Assembly: GCF_001194135.2 (NCBI RefSeq)
Contig: NC_068982.1
Span: 24,559,507-24,623,248, forward strand
Length of the DNA stretch: 63,742 nt
From: Octopus bimaculoides
Taxonomy: Eukaryota
Direction of reading: 5' to 3'
The position numbers were made by a program, and so were the translations under genes. Positions 42,579 to 55,899 of the stretch are shown piece after piece. Below the pieces are notes generated by a model that was not told where the DNA came from, did no database searches, and worked only from the letters and a program-made list of their open reading frames with translations. Position 1 is the first letter of the stretch. The number at the start of each line of letters is the position of its first letter.

Positions 42579-42777
42579 ATATATATATATATATATAACG
42601 AATTAAAAGGGTGGCTTATTAGTAATTAGAGACTCAATGCTAAATCAATAGAGATCAAAAAATTGACAGTGTGCTGACTAACACTGCTCATGCGCAAATA
42701 AGAGCTAAATTAACTCTAATGCCATCAAAGCCCTATACTTAATGACTGACACAGGGCGGTATAACATTAGTGTACAT

Positions 42778-42833
42778 AGACGTATCGCGATTTCGAATAT
42801 TGGGTAGACCAACCTTAATTCTCATGAGCGCCC
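42778..42833 (-). ncRNA. Minimal type-I hammerhead-like motif (family H3)
   Basis: GGGCG-CTCATGA-GAATTAAGG..CCCAATATTC-GAAA-TCGCGA-TA-CGTCT. Helix III palindrome is ATCGCGAT and the triplet is AUA; core has G5C. Confidence 0.55.
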
Positions 42834-43481
42834 CGTCGTCAGCCTTTAAGTATAGTGCTTTAGAATTAATTTAACTCTTATTTTAGCATAAGCGGTGCTA
42901 GGCGGCAACGCCCGTCACTTTCGCGACATCTATCTCTCTCATATGCATGTATATATATGTATATATTTGTGTGTGTGTATGTATATATGTATAAATATAT
43001 GTGTATATAAGAAAATGAATATATATCCTATATATATATATATATATATATATATNNNNNNNNNNNNNNNNNNNNNNNNNNNNNNNNNNNNNNNNNNNNN
43101 NNNNNNNNNNNNNNNNNNNNNNNNNNNNNNNNNNNNNNNNNNNNNNNNNNNNNNNNNNNNNNNNNNNNNNNNNNNNNNNNNNNNNNNNNNNNNNNNNNNN
43201 NNNNNNNNNNNNNNNNNNNNNNNNGGATAATATTATTATTGTAAATAAGAATAATGATATCAGTTGCTAGCGGCAAATAGAAAGCATAGAGGTAAAAATA
43301 AAAATATATTTATAATTTGCATATAAAATATATAATAATAAAGGAGGGTACTTGTAAAATTACCAACCTGTAAAAAATAGAGCTGAAAAGGACTCTAAAC
43401 CACCTATTTTACTCTATTGCACAGGTGAGTGCGAGAAAACGAGAAAAATAATTTAGCCAACATTTTAATGAATAAATAGAT

Positions 43482-43540
43482 AATACCATATCGATCGATT
43501 TCAGGCTCTGTAACTGATACTATACCTCATCAGTGAGATT
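43482..43540 (-). ncRNA. Minimal type-I hammerhead-like motif with intact core (family H4)
   Basis: AATCTCA-CTGATGA-GG..(loop)..CCT-GAAA-TCGATCGA-TA-TGGTATT. Stem I has 6 of 7 pairs, helix III palindrome is ATCGATCGAT and the triplet is AUA. Confidence 0.65.
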
Positions 43541-43825
43541 CACCAGAATTTGTACATATAGGTGCATTTATATACATACATATGCATATACATAAATATA
43601 CATACATATACATACATACTTTCACACACATATACACGAAGCAAATCAATTCGCTCGTCTCACCATGTGCCTTTCAATTAAATGCTTCCGTAGAGAGATA
43701 TAATAATCGGAGTGAATAAAATAGGTATAAGAATATATTATGGATGGTGTTTTCACAGCGATAATGCTCTTCTCAGTACATGAGTCGTTCCAGTTAACAC
43801 GATTTATTATTATTATTATTATTGT

Positions 43826-44242
43826 TCAGTAGTTTTATTTTTATAACGTGCTTTCACTTCACTACCGAGCGCAGCTCTGTGTGCCTTGGTTATGTGCTGT
43901 GGTTTGCTGTGACGCTCTTATGGTTACTGTATTGAAAGTGTTTTGCGTAGGATGTGTGCAGTGCCCAGTAGTGCAATTTTCTGTATGTTATATATATTTG
44001 TAAGTCCTGGTGTTTTTGTTATGTATTTGTCTGAATATTTCTTTCATTATATCTAAGGCACCTACTATGATAGGAATTGTTTCTGTTTGTAGATTCCACA
44101 TTCGAGTTACCTCTATTTCCAGGTCTTTGTATTTTGAAAGTTTTGCCATTTCTTTTAGGGAAACGTTGTCATCTGCTGGTATTGATACATCAATTAGAAA
44201 GCATTTTTTTTCTTCATGATCTTTGACAACTATATCTGGTCT
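43826..44242 (-). mobile_element. 5'-truncated R4/Dong-type LINE: RLE endonuclease domain, 3' UTR and (TAA)n tail
   Basis: RPDIVVKDHEEKKCFLIDVSIP..KLSKYKDLEIEVTRMW (PD-(D/E)xK RLE), then one frameshift to IQKIALLGTAHILRKTLSIQ*; (ATT)n at 43805-43823 and 44243-44360. Confidence 0.92.
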
Positions 44243-44260
44243 ATTATTATTACTATTATT

Positions 44261-44343
<83 letters not shown>

Positions 44344-44362
44344 CATTATAATTATTATTATA

Positions 44363-44434
44363 GTCACTACCTGGAATCGAACTCGGAATCTTGGGGCTAG
44401 TAACCCACGCTCTTAACCACTGCCTCATATGCCC
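44363..44434 (-). mobile_element. tRNA-like SINE head (Pol III A and B boxes)
   Basis: GGGCATATGAGGCAGTGGTTAAGAGCGTGGGTTACTAGCCCCAAGATTCCGAGTTCGATTCCAGG; B box GAGTTCGATTCC; acceptor stem unpaired. Confidence 0.8.
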
Positions 44435-44479
44435 GAGAAAGATACCTTAGGAATGAGAACCCAGGTTCAAAATTTCTCC

Positions 44480-44525
44480 AACACATGATGAAGGCTGGAG
44501 GGTTTATCAACCGAAACGTTGTGTT
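44480..44525 (+). ncRNA. Minimal type-I hammerhead-like motif (family H5) in a PLE pseudo-LTR-like repeat
   Basis: AACAC-ATGATGA-A-GGCTG..CAACC-GAAACGT-T-GTGTT. Stem I is 5 perfect bp, stem II has 4 of 5 pairs, helix III is the palindrome ACGT; core has C3A. Confidence 0.65.
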
Positions 44526-46398
44526 AACAACAAACAAGATGAGGACAAATATCCGTCTTATGTAAATAATGTAAAATATACATATAGTTGAAATATATAG
44601 CAAAAAGAGGAAAATACATATATTTAAGCATCCTCCATAGATAATCGTTGTCATTAGATATTGTTATTAGCTGAATATTGCCGTAATTAAAGGATTTCAA
44701 ATAAAATGAACCTAGATACAGAATGACTTTGAAAACCTGTGAATTAGAATCAGCTTACAATTCAAGTTGTTTGTCGATATTTCTTTATCGAAACTGTTTT
44801 TACTGCCCATTATGCAACATCTGGCATAATTGCAGTTTATTAATTTGCGACTAATGTGAAATCAATGTACAGAATAACCTCTTCTGGAATATGATTTTTT
44901 TTTTGGTTCTTAAATGAAAGAATCTGCAGAGAGCGTAAGCCTGGTACTTCATAAAATTGTTAGTCTGTTTTTCAAATCCACCTGATAGGAAAATAGCCAT
45001 AGAGCAATTGTTCTTGAAGTACACGTCATATAGATAAAGAGTTCAGCATGACTAGCACCTAAATCAATTTTTGCAAATGAAGTCGATGGTGTATTGTGAC
45101 AGTTGGATTGCATAGCCAAAGCATCTCTTTGTCTAAGCAGCCTTCTCTCAGGTTAACACTTGTGGAGTTATTCTGAACCCATACGTCATAATTAAGCCCG
45201 AATAACTCAAACATATATTTTTGTTTCTGTCTTCGAAAGTTCACTAAATAATAAATAAAAGATAAAATAATAAAATGAAATTTAATACGTGGATATTTTT
45301 TAGTAATGCGATGATTCTCTAAGACGGAAGCGATTAATTGTCTACACTGATTATGTCCGAGATACGATTGTTTGTAAATATACAAAGAAAATATATTTGG
45401 AATGCAAGAAATGCTAGACATCAAAATACCTTGATAAAAGGAGATGCGTATCATGAATAGAATACATTCTCTAAAACAGACAAATGATACCAACAGTTTT
45501 CTGGCTTCGTTTAAAACAAGGATTTGACTGCACACAAAAGTAGCATAATTGAGTTGGTGCATTCATATTGTTACAAATCTTAAGTAGAGAGATTTCATTA
45601 ACTAAAAGACTAGTAACATTTCTTTACTGAAATTATCAATGGAATTCTTACTCATATATTTCACCAAATCAGCTATCGCATAGCACGCTTAATAGGAAAG
45701 AAGTTATATCAATGATCATACCGATGCTCTTCAATTGTTTTAGACACAATGAATCAAAAAAGTAATGAACACAATGTGCCCTACTCATTTTTATAATAGG
45801 TCATCCGTGTGAAATTCTCAGACAATGTATTTCATGCTGAATAACAAGATTGAGATTAACTTGTATTTTGTTATAGTTTGAAATCTAGAGTGCATCTTCA
45901 TAATGCACACAATTACATTGCCCCCTATTATCCCGCCTTTGCTTACAGACGTAGACATTGTCATACATATTCATACGTACATTCATACTTTTGGTGACTA
46001 ACCAGACCTGTTTAAATGTCGACTTCGGAGTGAAAGACTCATCATACCAGTAGAAAGTAAGACAGTTATATAAATGCTCAAAGCTAATGCATACCATGAA
46101 CAATAATATGGATAATAGCTTTTCTTAACGTATATTAACAACCCAATATTTGGCAAATCCACAGTGGTTGACGAGGATTTCGTATTATAAAAGAGAAGAT
46201 GCATTCAATAAAAGTCATAAATATATCTATTCGGGTAATACATCCCATGGTTTTCGCCATATGTAATGACCTCCGAAATTTCTGTCACAGCTAAACTTGG
46301 TATAAGCAAGTTTAGCTGTGCGTAAAATTCGCTACGATGGCGTACCCTGGTACAATACTCTATTTCGTATGTCACAACTAACAAATATTTCGACTCTC

Positions 46399-46524
<126 letters not shown>

Positions 46525-46927
46525 ATGCATGTCTGTGCGTCATGTGTGCGTGTGTGGCGTGTGTGTGACACGTTTTTGAACGAGGCTGTCTGAAAATGCT
46601 CTAGGATACTATTTGTCCAGGAAGTCATAGTATATATCTGAAACTATCGTAGAAAATGAGGTGACTTAAAATATGCCTCCTGACATGGAAACATTATCCG
46701 ACCAGTCATGCAACTTAAATAAAATAGCGTCATTTGAAGAATATTAGACGAACATTCTACGAGCATGCAGTATTTCTAGATAAAATAGGGGTTATTCCCT
46801 GTTAGATTAAACTTGGGATTAGTCATCTGGAGCTAAAGATAAACAGAAGTAGCTGTATCAGTTACACATACGCCCACACACACGTTCGTATGTGTTGTTT
46901 CTGTGAGACTATGTGTGTGGATGTGTT

Positions 46928-47088
46928 CAGGAGTAGCTGTGTGGTAAGAAGCTTGCTTCCCGACCACATGGTTCCGGGTTCGGTCCCACTGCATGACACC
47001 TTGGGCAAGTGTCTTCTACTATAGCCTCGGACCGATCAAAGTCTTGTGAATGCATCTGGTAGAGAGAAACTGAAAGAAGCCCGTCGTA
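46928..47088 (+). mobile_element. tRNA-derived SINE family A head followed by (TG)n
   Basis: A-box-like GCTGTGTGGTAAG and B-box GGGTTCGGTCCC; homologs at 9729 and 30340. Confidence 0.88.
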
Positions 47089-47604
47089 TATATATATGTG
47101 TGTGTGCGTGCGTGTGTGTGTGTGCGTGTGTGTGTGTGTGTGTTTGTCTGTGTGTGTGTCTGTGTGTGTGTTTGTGTGTCTGTGTGTGTGTGTTTGTGTG
47201 TGTGTGTGTGCTTGTGTGTGTATTTATAACAAAGTAAAATTAGAAGGTACCGCACGAGTGAGAATATATAGNNNNNNNNNNNNNNNNNNNNNNNNNNNNN
47301 NNNNNNNNNNNNNNNNNNNNNNNNNNNNNNNNNNNNNNNNNNNNNNNNNNNNNNNNNNNNNNNNNNNNNNNNNNNNNNNNNNNNNNNNNNNNNNNNNNNN
47401 NNNNNNNNNNNNNNNNNNNNNNNNNNNNNNNNNNNNNNNNNNNNNNNNNNNNNNNNNNNNNNNNNNNNNNNNNNNNNNNNNNNNNNNNNNNNNNNNNNNN
47501 NNNNNNNNNNNNNNNNNNNNNNNNNNNNNNNNNNNNNNNNNNNNNNNNNNNNNNNNNNNNNNNNNNNNNNNNNNNNNNNNNNNNNNNNNNNNNNNNNNNN
47601 NNNN

Positions 47605-47651
<47 letters not shown>

Positions 47652-48237
47652 TGAGAGAGAGAGAGAGAGAGAGAGGCATGCATGCCTGTATGCATGTACA
47701 TATTTTGGCAGTTCAATGGAAGTAGTTATCCACTGATGGATGAATACGATTAGGTAGCATCTGAAATGTATTTCACTGAAATTATTCAGCACATTTGTGT
47801 AAAATAAATAAGTATTGATTTATTTAGAAACGAGACCACAATTTCATATAACATTGCAATTAAGTATGTGACTTTCATTGACTAACCAACAAACTATATT
47901 CCCAGTAGGTAGCTGTCATCAGATAAGAAATGAAAGAAAATTTAAGTTGCTTATAAATATTGAAGACCTTAATGAGTGATTTGCGATTATTAACTCCCAA
48001 TGCAAAAAGTAGATTGCCAAAAAGTCAAGAGATTATTATTTAGAGCTAAATTAAGAGCTGATTGTGCTATCCTACATGGAATTGCATATGTTTTTCTATA
48101 GTTATTTTGATTTCTCACCGGGGAAACAAAGAAAGAACAGTATTTCAACTTTATCATTTGTAATTATACATCGAATGATTGTACTATTGTTTGTGTTGTT
48201 TGTGTTCTTGTTATTACTATCATTATTATTATTATCA

Positions 48238-48272
<35 letters not shown>

Positions 48273-48778
48273 CATTATTATTATTATTATTACAAATACT
48301 ATTTGTTCTACTTTCAATCCAACTCAGTTATTTCTATAGTGCTGTAACAAAAGAGTACTGTAGCTAGGGATTAGACAATAAAGTCATGCGATTAGGAAAA
48401 ACAATTAATAAATGTCTATTGTGCAAAGATTATGCTTACGTAGACTACACAGTTTTGCGATAGAAAAAAAAAATTGCGTTTGAAAAATCAAAAGATTATC
48501 AGCAAACAATGGCAGATATATTATAAGATATTTATTAGGTAGGTCCTATTTTTTTAAAGTTACTGTTTCAGCAAACAATAACCGCTTTTCAAGTCAGAAC
48601 ACCAATGAGAGCGCTAAAGATATACAATCATACATGTGTACTCAAATTTAAATCACAAATACCTTATGCACATCCATATACACATATTTATATATGAATA
48701 TATATCTGCATACATGCATACAGACACATACACTCACACACACACACACACACACACACATACGCACANNNNNNNNNN

Positions 48779-48822
<44 letters not shown>

Positions 48823-50637
48823 GTATACGCACACATACAGACACACATATATATATATGCATATAAATATAGAGAGAGACAGACAGACAGGGAGACTGAG
48901 AGAGAGAGGGAGAAAGGAGGAGGAGGGGAGAAGGACGTGGGTTTATAGATAGATTGAGATGAAAAAGCGATAAATTTCAGTATAGTATTTCTTTTATTGC
49001 TAAGTGTTTGTTCAATGCCTGTCTTTCAATGCATTTGGCAATATTCTACTTATACTACGAGCAGATATTTTTCTTGTTTTCATTTTGTGTTAATTTTTCC
49101 CATTTTATAGTTTTGATATTCTAATTAAGAAAATAGTGAGGTTTTATTTTTAAATAACTCAACATTCGATAAATGTGCTTTAATCTAGTGTGCTACATCC
49201 TCTTGTATCCCTTTTGAATTGTCTGTAAATGCATACATATTTGTGTGTTGATTGTCTCTGCACTAGGTTGTTCCTATTGCATTAATTAGCACACGTACGA
49301 AATTTTTCTTTTCCTTATTCTCTAATCTGTCTTGAAACATATTCAGCATTTTTATTATACTTTCCAAATATAGCATGGGGCATTGGTGTTCAGTTCCCTA
49401 TGTATTCTTCCAAAAATTGATGTATGTCACTTTAACATCCCGCTTACTTACATAAAGTTGCCAACCGGTTTTAATATTTATAGATATAAAATTTCGTAGT
49501 TAGTAACTACTTGGCATTCCAGGACTTAATAACCCAACGTGAATACATTTATCTGCATGTATGCGTTACATTTATTGTAATGTGTTGTACCAAATCTTAT
49601 CAAATGGGCTCTACTTCAAATTCAAAGAATCAGACTTTTTTTTATATTATATGTGTAACAATATTTCATACTTAAGTGTAAAAATTATTGTGCTATATTT
49701 AGTTGCTGAGTGAAGCAAAACACGAAATATAGCCTTTGACAGGGATTCACTTACTAAGTTATGTTACATGATTTAACTAATAATATTTTAACCTAACCTC
49801 ACAGTAATGCCCAAATTATATACCCACACAACACAGTTGAGTGAAATTACATGTACTCTAACCGGAAATCCTAAAATATACTTCTCAATGCCTATTTTGT
49901 TTTCCTCCAATGATTCTCCAACAATTTTTAATTACCATATACTAAAAGTTACATATTCTGCATTAGCATCTCATTAATTATTACAGCATATCATTGTCAT
50001 CTGAGGGACAGTAGCTCAATCTCCCTCAAACTACGTTATGTGTCACCTTGAATGAAAGCAAGAACATTTCAAATTATCATGGAAAAAACTTATACAGGAT
50101 GGTAAGGATTGGAACGTCTCTGATCATATGCCTAATGTGACTCGATCTGCAGTTAAGCAGTAGTAATTGTAACATTGCAACGTGAAGACGGAAGGCCTTT
50201 AATATTTACATGTTACTTCCCACTGAATAAAATATCTACAGTTATCATTTACTCTTATTTTCTAACGTTGTTATGAATAATCAGCATCATTACATTTTCT
50301 CATTTGTATAATTATATTTTCTATCGATTTCTTTTCATACCGTTTATCTATTGCGAACAATACCAAATCCGTGTGTATTTAATCTTTATTTTTTTTTCAG
50401 CTCTCAATGTATGAGTTTGTGTGTTAGTGCATTTAGACTTATTAGGCATCATACAATTTACTGTGTATGTTTACATGCATTTACTTTGTGTATTAATAGA
50501 AAATTATAAATTTATGAAACACTCTACCTTGCATTAGATTTCATAATATATTTAACTGTTGATTTAATCAAATGACATCAGAAATTTCGCTTCTCTCAGC
50601 AGGATATATCAACCTAAGTTTTAATATTGACTTCGAA

Positions 50638-50808
50638 TATTGGCACAAGGGCAGCAATTTTGGGGTTAAATAGATTGCATAGAGTTCAGTTTTTAACTGC
50701 AGCTTGTTTTATTAACCTTGAAAGGATGAACTCAAAACGTAAAGACGGACGAAATGCCGCTAAGTGTTTTGTCCGTCGTTTTAATGATTTTAAATAGCTC
50801 ACCGCCTT
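50638..50808 (+). mobile_element. Decayed family B SINE
   Basis: TTGGCACAAGGGCAGCAATTTTGGGG..GAAAGGATGAAC..GAAATGCCGCTAAG..CTCACCGCCTT. Confidence 0.7.
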
Positions 50809-53301
50809 CAAAACAAACATGTAATTCTATTTACCTTTCTTAGAAAACTGAAACTTCATTTTTTATTCTATACTATGGAAAAAATTATTTGTAGCAATAT
50901 AGTATATTGTAAACACATGAGATACTTGTAAAGCAGAAAAGAAATCAGATTTACTGTTTGATACAATAGAACGAATACCTTATCTTTAACTATATGTTTC
51001 AGTGAAATCTATTGCCAAGTTAGTAACGTATTTTAGACTACATAAGATCTGTATAAATATACAAAGTAGGGAAATGTATATGTCAAAATGATAAAGCTCA
51101 ACGAAATATCGATATCTATTTCAGCGTCACACCATTGTAATATAGTCGAAGAAAATATAATCGTTACCTACGGCCCGATCGTAAATTAACCCCAAGTTTT
51201 AAACGAACTTATATCTTCTACTGGTGAATACAGAATATCTATACATAGGAAGGAAATAATCAACTTCGATAATTTTGCTTTCTTAGCATCTATATCCGAT
51301 GCTACACTTTGTAACTACCATTCACAAATCTCTTTTAATTCACAAACTAATGTTTCAAGAAAACAGTGTATAGTAGATAATAGAATCTTAAATACAACAT
51401 TTCTAAATTCAAGACGGGATCGTCGTGATTAGAAGATATTTTATCTTACAACATTCAAAGCGAGTGGCTCGAATTGGTCTACGGAAGAAAAGCAACATCC
51501 ACTAGTCGTATTTTCATTTCTTGCTGAGAAAGTTTATCTGGTATCCATTCAGAATATGACGTGAAACATTATTATAATGTTCCGCATATGGCTGCCACGC
51601 GCGTGTGTGGGTGCATGCGTGTTTGCTTGTTTGTATTATTCGTATGTGTGTGTGTGTATGTGTGTGTGTTTGTGTGTGTATATGTGTGGAAACATAGGTA
51701 GGTAAAAAAACAAATTTGTTATGAGCATGAATTATCCATTAACATATCAACATTTATAATGAATTGAAATCTCATTCTCATATACCTAGTTTTACACGAC
51801 ATCATACAAATGATAAGAAATCGTTTGCCATTGATAACCGAATACAGAGGGACAATAATGAACAGTATTTTAGGCACTGAATGGTGCAATCTCACGTAGG
51901 TTATAATGCAACCAGATGTTGATCCTATACAATATCATGAACTGCATCTCAGGACACGAGTGCTGAAACATATGATGGCATAATGCATATACCACGTTGC
52001 AATAATTCATATATAGGAAAATATTTCATTTCGTATTCCCCATAGGATGTTTCGCAGTGCGCTAAATGAAGTGATATATTGTAAGAAGTAGCATTAGCTA
52101 CTGTTGCATCAGAAAAATTATTGTATAACGTTAATAATGATTGCGCAAAAATCGACTTTGAGACGTATAAGGATCAGTGAGGAATCATTACGCATTCCAT
52201 GTAAACCGATATAAACAGGAAAGGAGGGAACAAAAGTTGGGGAAGACGAAGTGAAGTGGAAGTAAATGAATTAAGGATTAACAATAGCATGTACATATGC
52301 ACACTACAATAGCGATTATAGTACACGAAGACCAAGCAAGGAATATCGGTGCCGAAGAACTAAAGCTGTGTATTATGCAAACGTTACACATACTCGTGTA
52401 TATTTGTATGTTAGTGTTATGTGTCTGTGAGTTTATGTATATTTACATTAATCTATACGAATCAAGGAAAAATAATTTTCTCATCTAAGCGCTGTGTTTT
52501 TCGTTCTATGGGATTGAACATATCAGTCGATAATTTTTGTCCAGTTTCTTCTGTAAATAATGTATGTTTACTTTTAATTGCTTTTAGCTAAGATATGGAA
52601 ATATTTGCAGAATGCAGGGGAAATTTTACAATACTTTGTTTGGTATACAGCAAATAATCAAAACATGTTTCAAACATTAATATAATTATATCAACAGAAA
52701 CAAACATGAAAAGAAAACCGCCTTGCATTTTTTTAATAAATATTGTAATTCCGCAATGCATTAGGGAAAATGTAATTATTTTAAATTCTGTTGCAAGAAA
52801 AAAAAAAATATTATATTAACGCTCTTTAGAACATGCGGTCAAATAATTCGCCAACGGAACAGATATTGATTTTCTACTCGTGAATGGGTTTTGTAAAGCA
52901 TGTCCCCTTATAATAACGCCCAAACAATGAATTTCGCATAATAAGCGTAAGCAATTTGTTTCTAGAAAAAAACTGACATCTCCACCTACAATATAAATAA
53001 GAAATAATATTTCTTGCATCCTTAAAAAACAATCATTAAATACACATGTTCACTCATAATTATATGTATTGTATATATTATATAAACTATATACAAAAAC
53101 TAGTATAGTAGTAATATTAATACCACAGTTAAACTTTGTTTCTTTTTCAAGTTTGTTTCACTCATTTCATTAAGCATCTATTTCTGCATATCCGTCTAAT
53201 TCAGTATATATGTGTGGGTGGTGTGTGTGTGTGTGTATGAAAATGCATTAGTAAGTATATGTGTATGCGTGACTATCCACACACGCATATATACATATAT
53301 G

Positions 53302-53361
<60 letters not shown>

Positions 53362-53465
53362 TGTGTGTGCGTGGGAGAATTTACGAAAAAAACAACAACA
53401 GACGAGGACAGGTGGTGTAAACAACAAAAGGATGTATTAGTTTAACGCTCAAGAATAGAGAAAGT

Positions 53466-53500
53466 CTTTAACGTTTCGAGCTACGCTCTTCAACTGAAAG
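53466..53500 (-). ncRNA. Minimal hammerhead-like motif (family H1) within repeat 53380-53540
   Basis: CTTT-CAGTTGA-A-GAGC GTA GCTC-GAAACGT-T-AAAG. Stem I is 4 bp, stem II 4 bp, helix III is ACGT; the core is variant. Confidence 0.55.
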
Positions 53501-55838
53501 GAACACAGAATGAAATAAGGAGAAAAACAAGGAGAAGAAATATATAAATGTGGTGGTCAGCGATCTGTCATAATTATATGCATTGTATATGTATTATATG
53601 CACTATATACAAAAGCTCGTATAATGTCGTGGTGATGCATTATATATATTTTAATGTAACGCCACGCGCATTTCTACAAATTTCATGTTTCTTAAAAGCA
53701 GATCGTAGTCCGTATTTTGGGGATGATTAGATTATAGTCCATAGTATCCATAAACACTAGTATCCTGTAGCAAAATTAAAGGATGTGTGTGTGTGTGTGT
53801 GTGTGCAAAATTTCACTCATCTTTCTTATTTGGTCTTTCTAATGTTGTCGCTAATACGAAAATGAAACAATTTTCATCTATCAATTGTAATTCGATATTA
53901 GTGATAATGATTTTACCAGTAATTGCACATCTAGTAATTAACTTCCTTCTTCTACCCATCTATTTACCTTTCTATTTTTCTGGTCCATTCTTTCTTTTTC
54001 TTTCCATTCACCATTTTGTTTTTAACTTCATCATATTCACGTCCTCTCTTTCCTTCTTTTACTTCTTTGTTTCTTTTTCATTTTGCCTCTCTTCCTCCTC
54101 CTTCTCTTCTCCTTCTCCCTCTTCTCCGTCATCATCGACTTTTTTCTATCATTCCCTTTATAATTCCTCCTCATCTCATAAATGTACTTTTATTTACTTT
54201 TTATTTACTTTCCATTAACTTGTTTGTTTTCTCTCGATGTAAACAGAACACAAAGTCTGGCAGGCGCCCAATGTAAAAGTGCACTTTTGATGCAGGTCCG
54301 AAGAAATACTACGCTAATGTCTAAAACCGCAAATATTACGTAAATTTTGATCTTTTGTATGAACTGCACATGAAAGCAGAGTTGGTACAGTAGGAATTGT
54401 AAATGACTATTAAATATATGCAAAAGTTTGGCTTTGTTTTCTTATTTGAATGTTTTACTCTTATCTAAAACTACACAACGGTTTTACAACTGCGAAAGCA
54501 GGATTCTCTGTACAGGAAAAAAATTCACTATTATTTTGTAATCCAAAAGTATTGATAGCACACACCTACAGTGTAGATGATCAATATTTTTATATTAAAA
54601 GGTTTATAATATCCTTGAATATCTCATATCACATTTTTATTTCCAATGAAAATGAAGCCATATATTTTGCTACATATATTTCTATATGCGTGTGTGGCCT
54701 CCCATGTATTTGTGTATGAGTGTGCGTGCGTGTGTGTGCGTGTGTGAGTGTGAGCATACCTACAAGTATACATGTTTGTTTAAAGGTATAATACAATAAT
54801 TATTTTTTCCATAAAAATGTTTCTGTTCAATTTCATGTAGCTTTTCAAGTACAAAACGACCAGAACGAAAGCAACCAAATGCTTTTAACTGGATGGCCCA
54901 TTAATGCAGATTTAATATAATTATATAATATACATCGCTATAATAATATGGGAAATTGCTTGAGAACGTTGTCTGGAACTTGAAATTTTGTGGGCATAAA
55001 ATAGACACTTTAAAGCTCTAATAAAGTGATATCAATTGAATTCTAGTGGAGAATAGAGGTACCCTTTATATGCTTAAACACTAGTAAAACTATAAACGCT
55101 GTTGAGTATTCACAAAGTTACATTAATCTAATAACTTTAGTTTGTATTTATATTCTGTAGTATTTACTGAGTTGTGAAATATCACATCACTTATCTTGTA
55201 CATTTTAACTGGTTTTCTTTTCTATGATTGTTATTTCATTAAGATATCTATTGAACCTATCACACTGTATTTCCAAATTCTGTGTGTTTGCAGTCATAGA
55301 AGTAATTACTTCATGCAATGCCCTACGCATACAACCGGAACCAGTTTGTCTATTCTTCGATGAACTGTCGACTCGTGTTTGATGTAGACATGGCAGAATA
55401 TGTGCCGGTAATTAAAGCAATGCATCACTTACCAAGTCAAACTGTATGAACGCAATCAGATATCTATCAGATTTCTATGAATTGTCAAAGCGAATACGTG
55501 CATAAACGTATCTGCAATGTCGCTCTGGTTTTCTTAAGTTTTGCCAAATGCTGCTTCATCTAATTAGTGATTATACATGAGCCGGTAAACGTGCTTCCAA
55601 CAGATTTGATCTGTTATCTATCAAAATTCTAATCAGTGCAATAGGATTTCGACAATAGATAATATACTTCGCTTCGCCATGCATATCACAATATGCCAGT
55701 CTTTAACAAATGTGCATTTTTCATGCGAAACCTCTTGTAGTATTGATTTATTTCTCATTTCTCAATTTACTGTCAGGTAATAGGGTGTATGATCTTAATT
55801 AATTGTTGTGAATGAGCCTCCTATATATATATATGTAT

Positions 55839-55899
<61 letters not shown>

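Noticed and set aside
44363-44434. tRNA gene (ACT anticodon-like loop)
   Set aside because: The acceptor stem does not pair, the T and anticodon stems are broken, and there is no long variable arm; it is a SINE head.
45059-45562. 167-aa ORF, the longest non-repeat ORF
   Set aside because: No recognisable domain, composition typical of AT-rich non-coding DNA, and no supporting splice structure.
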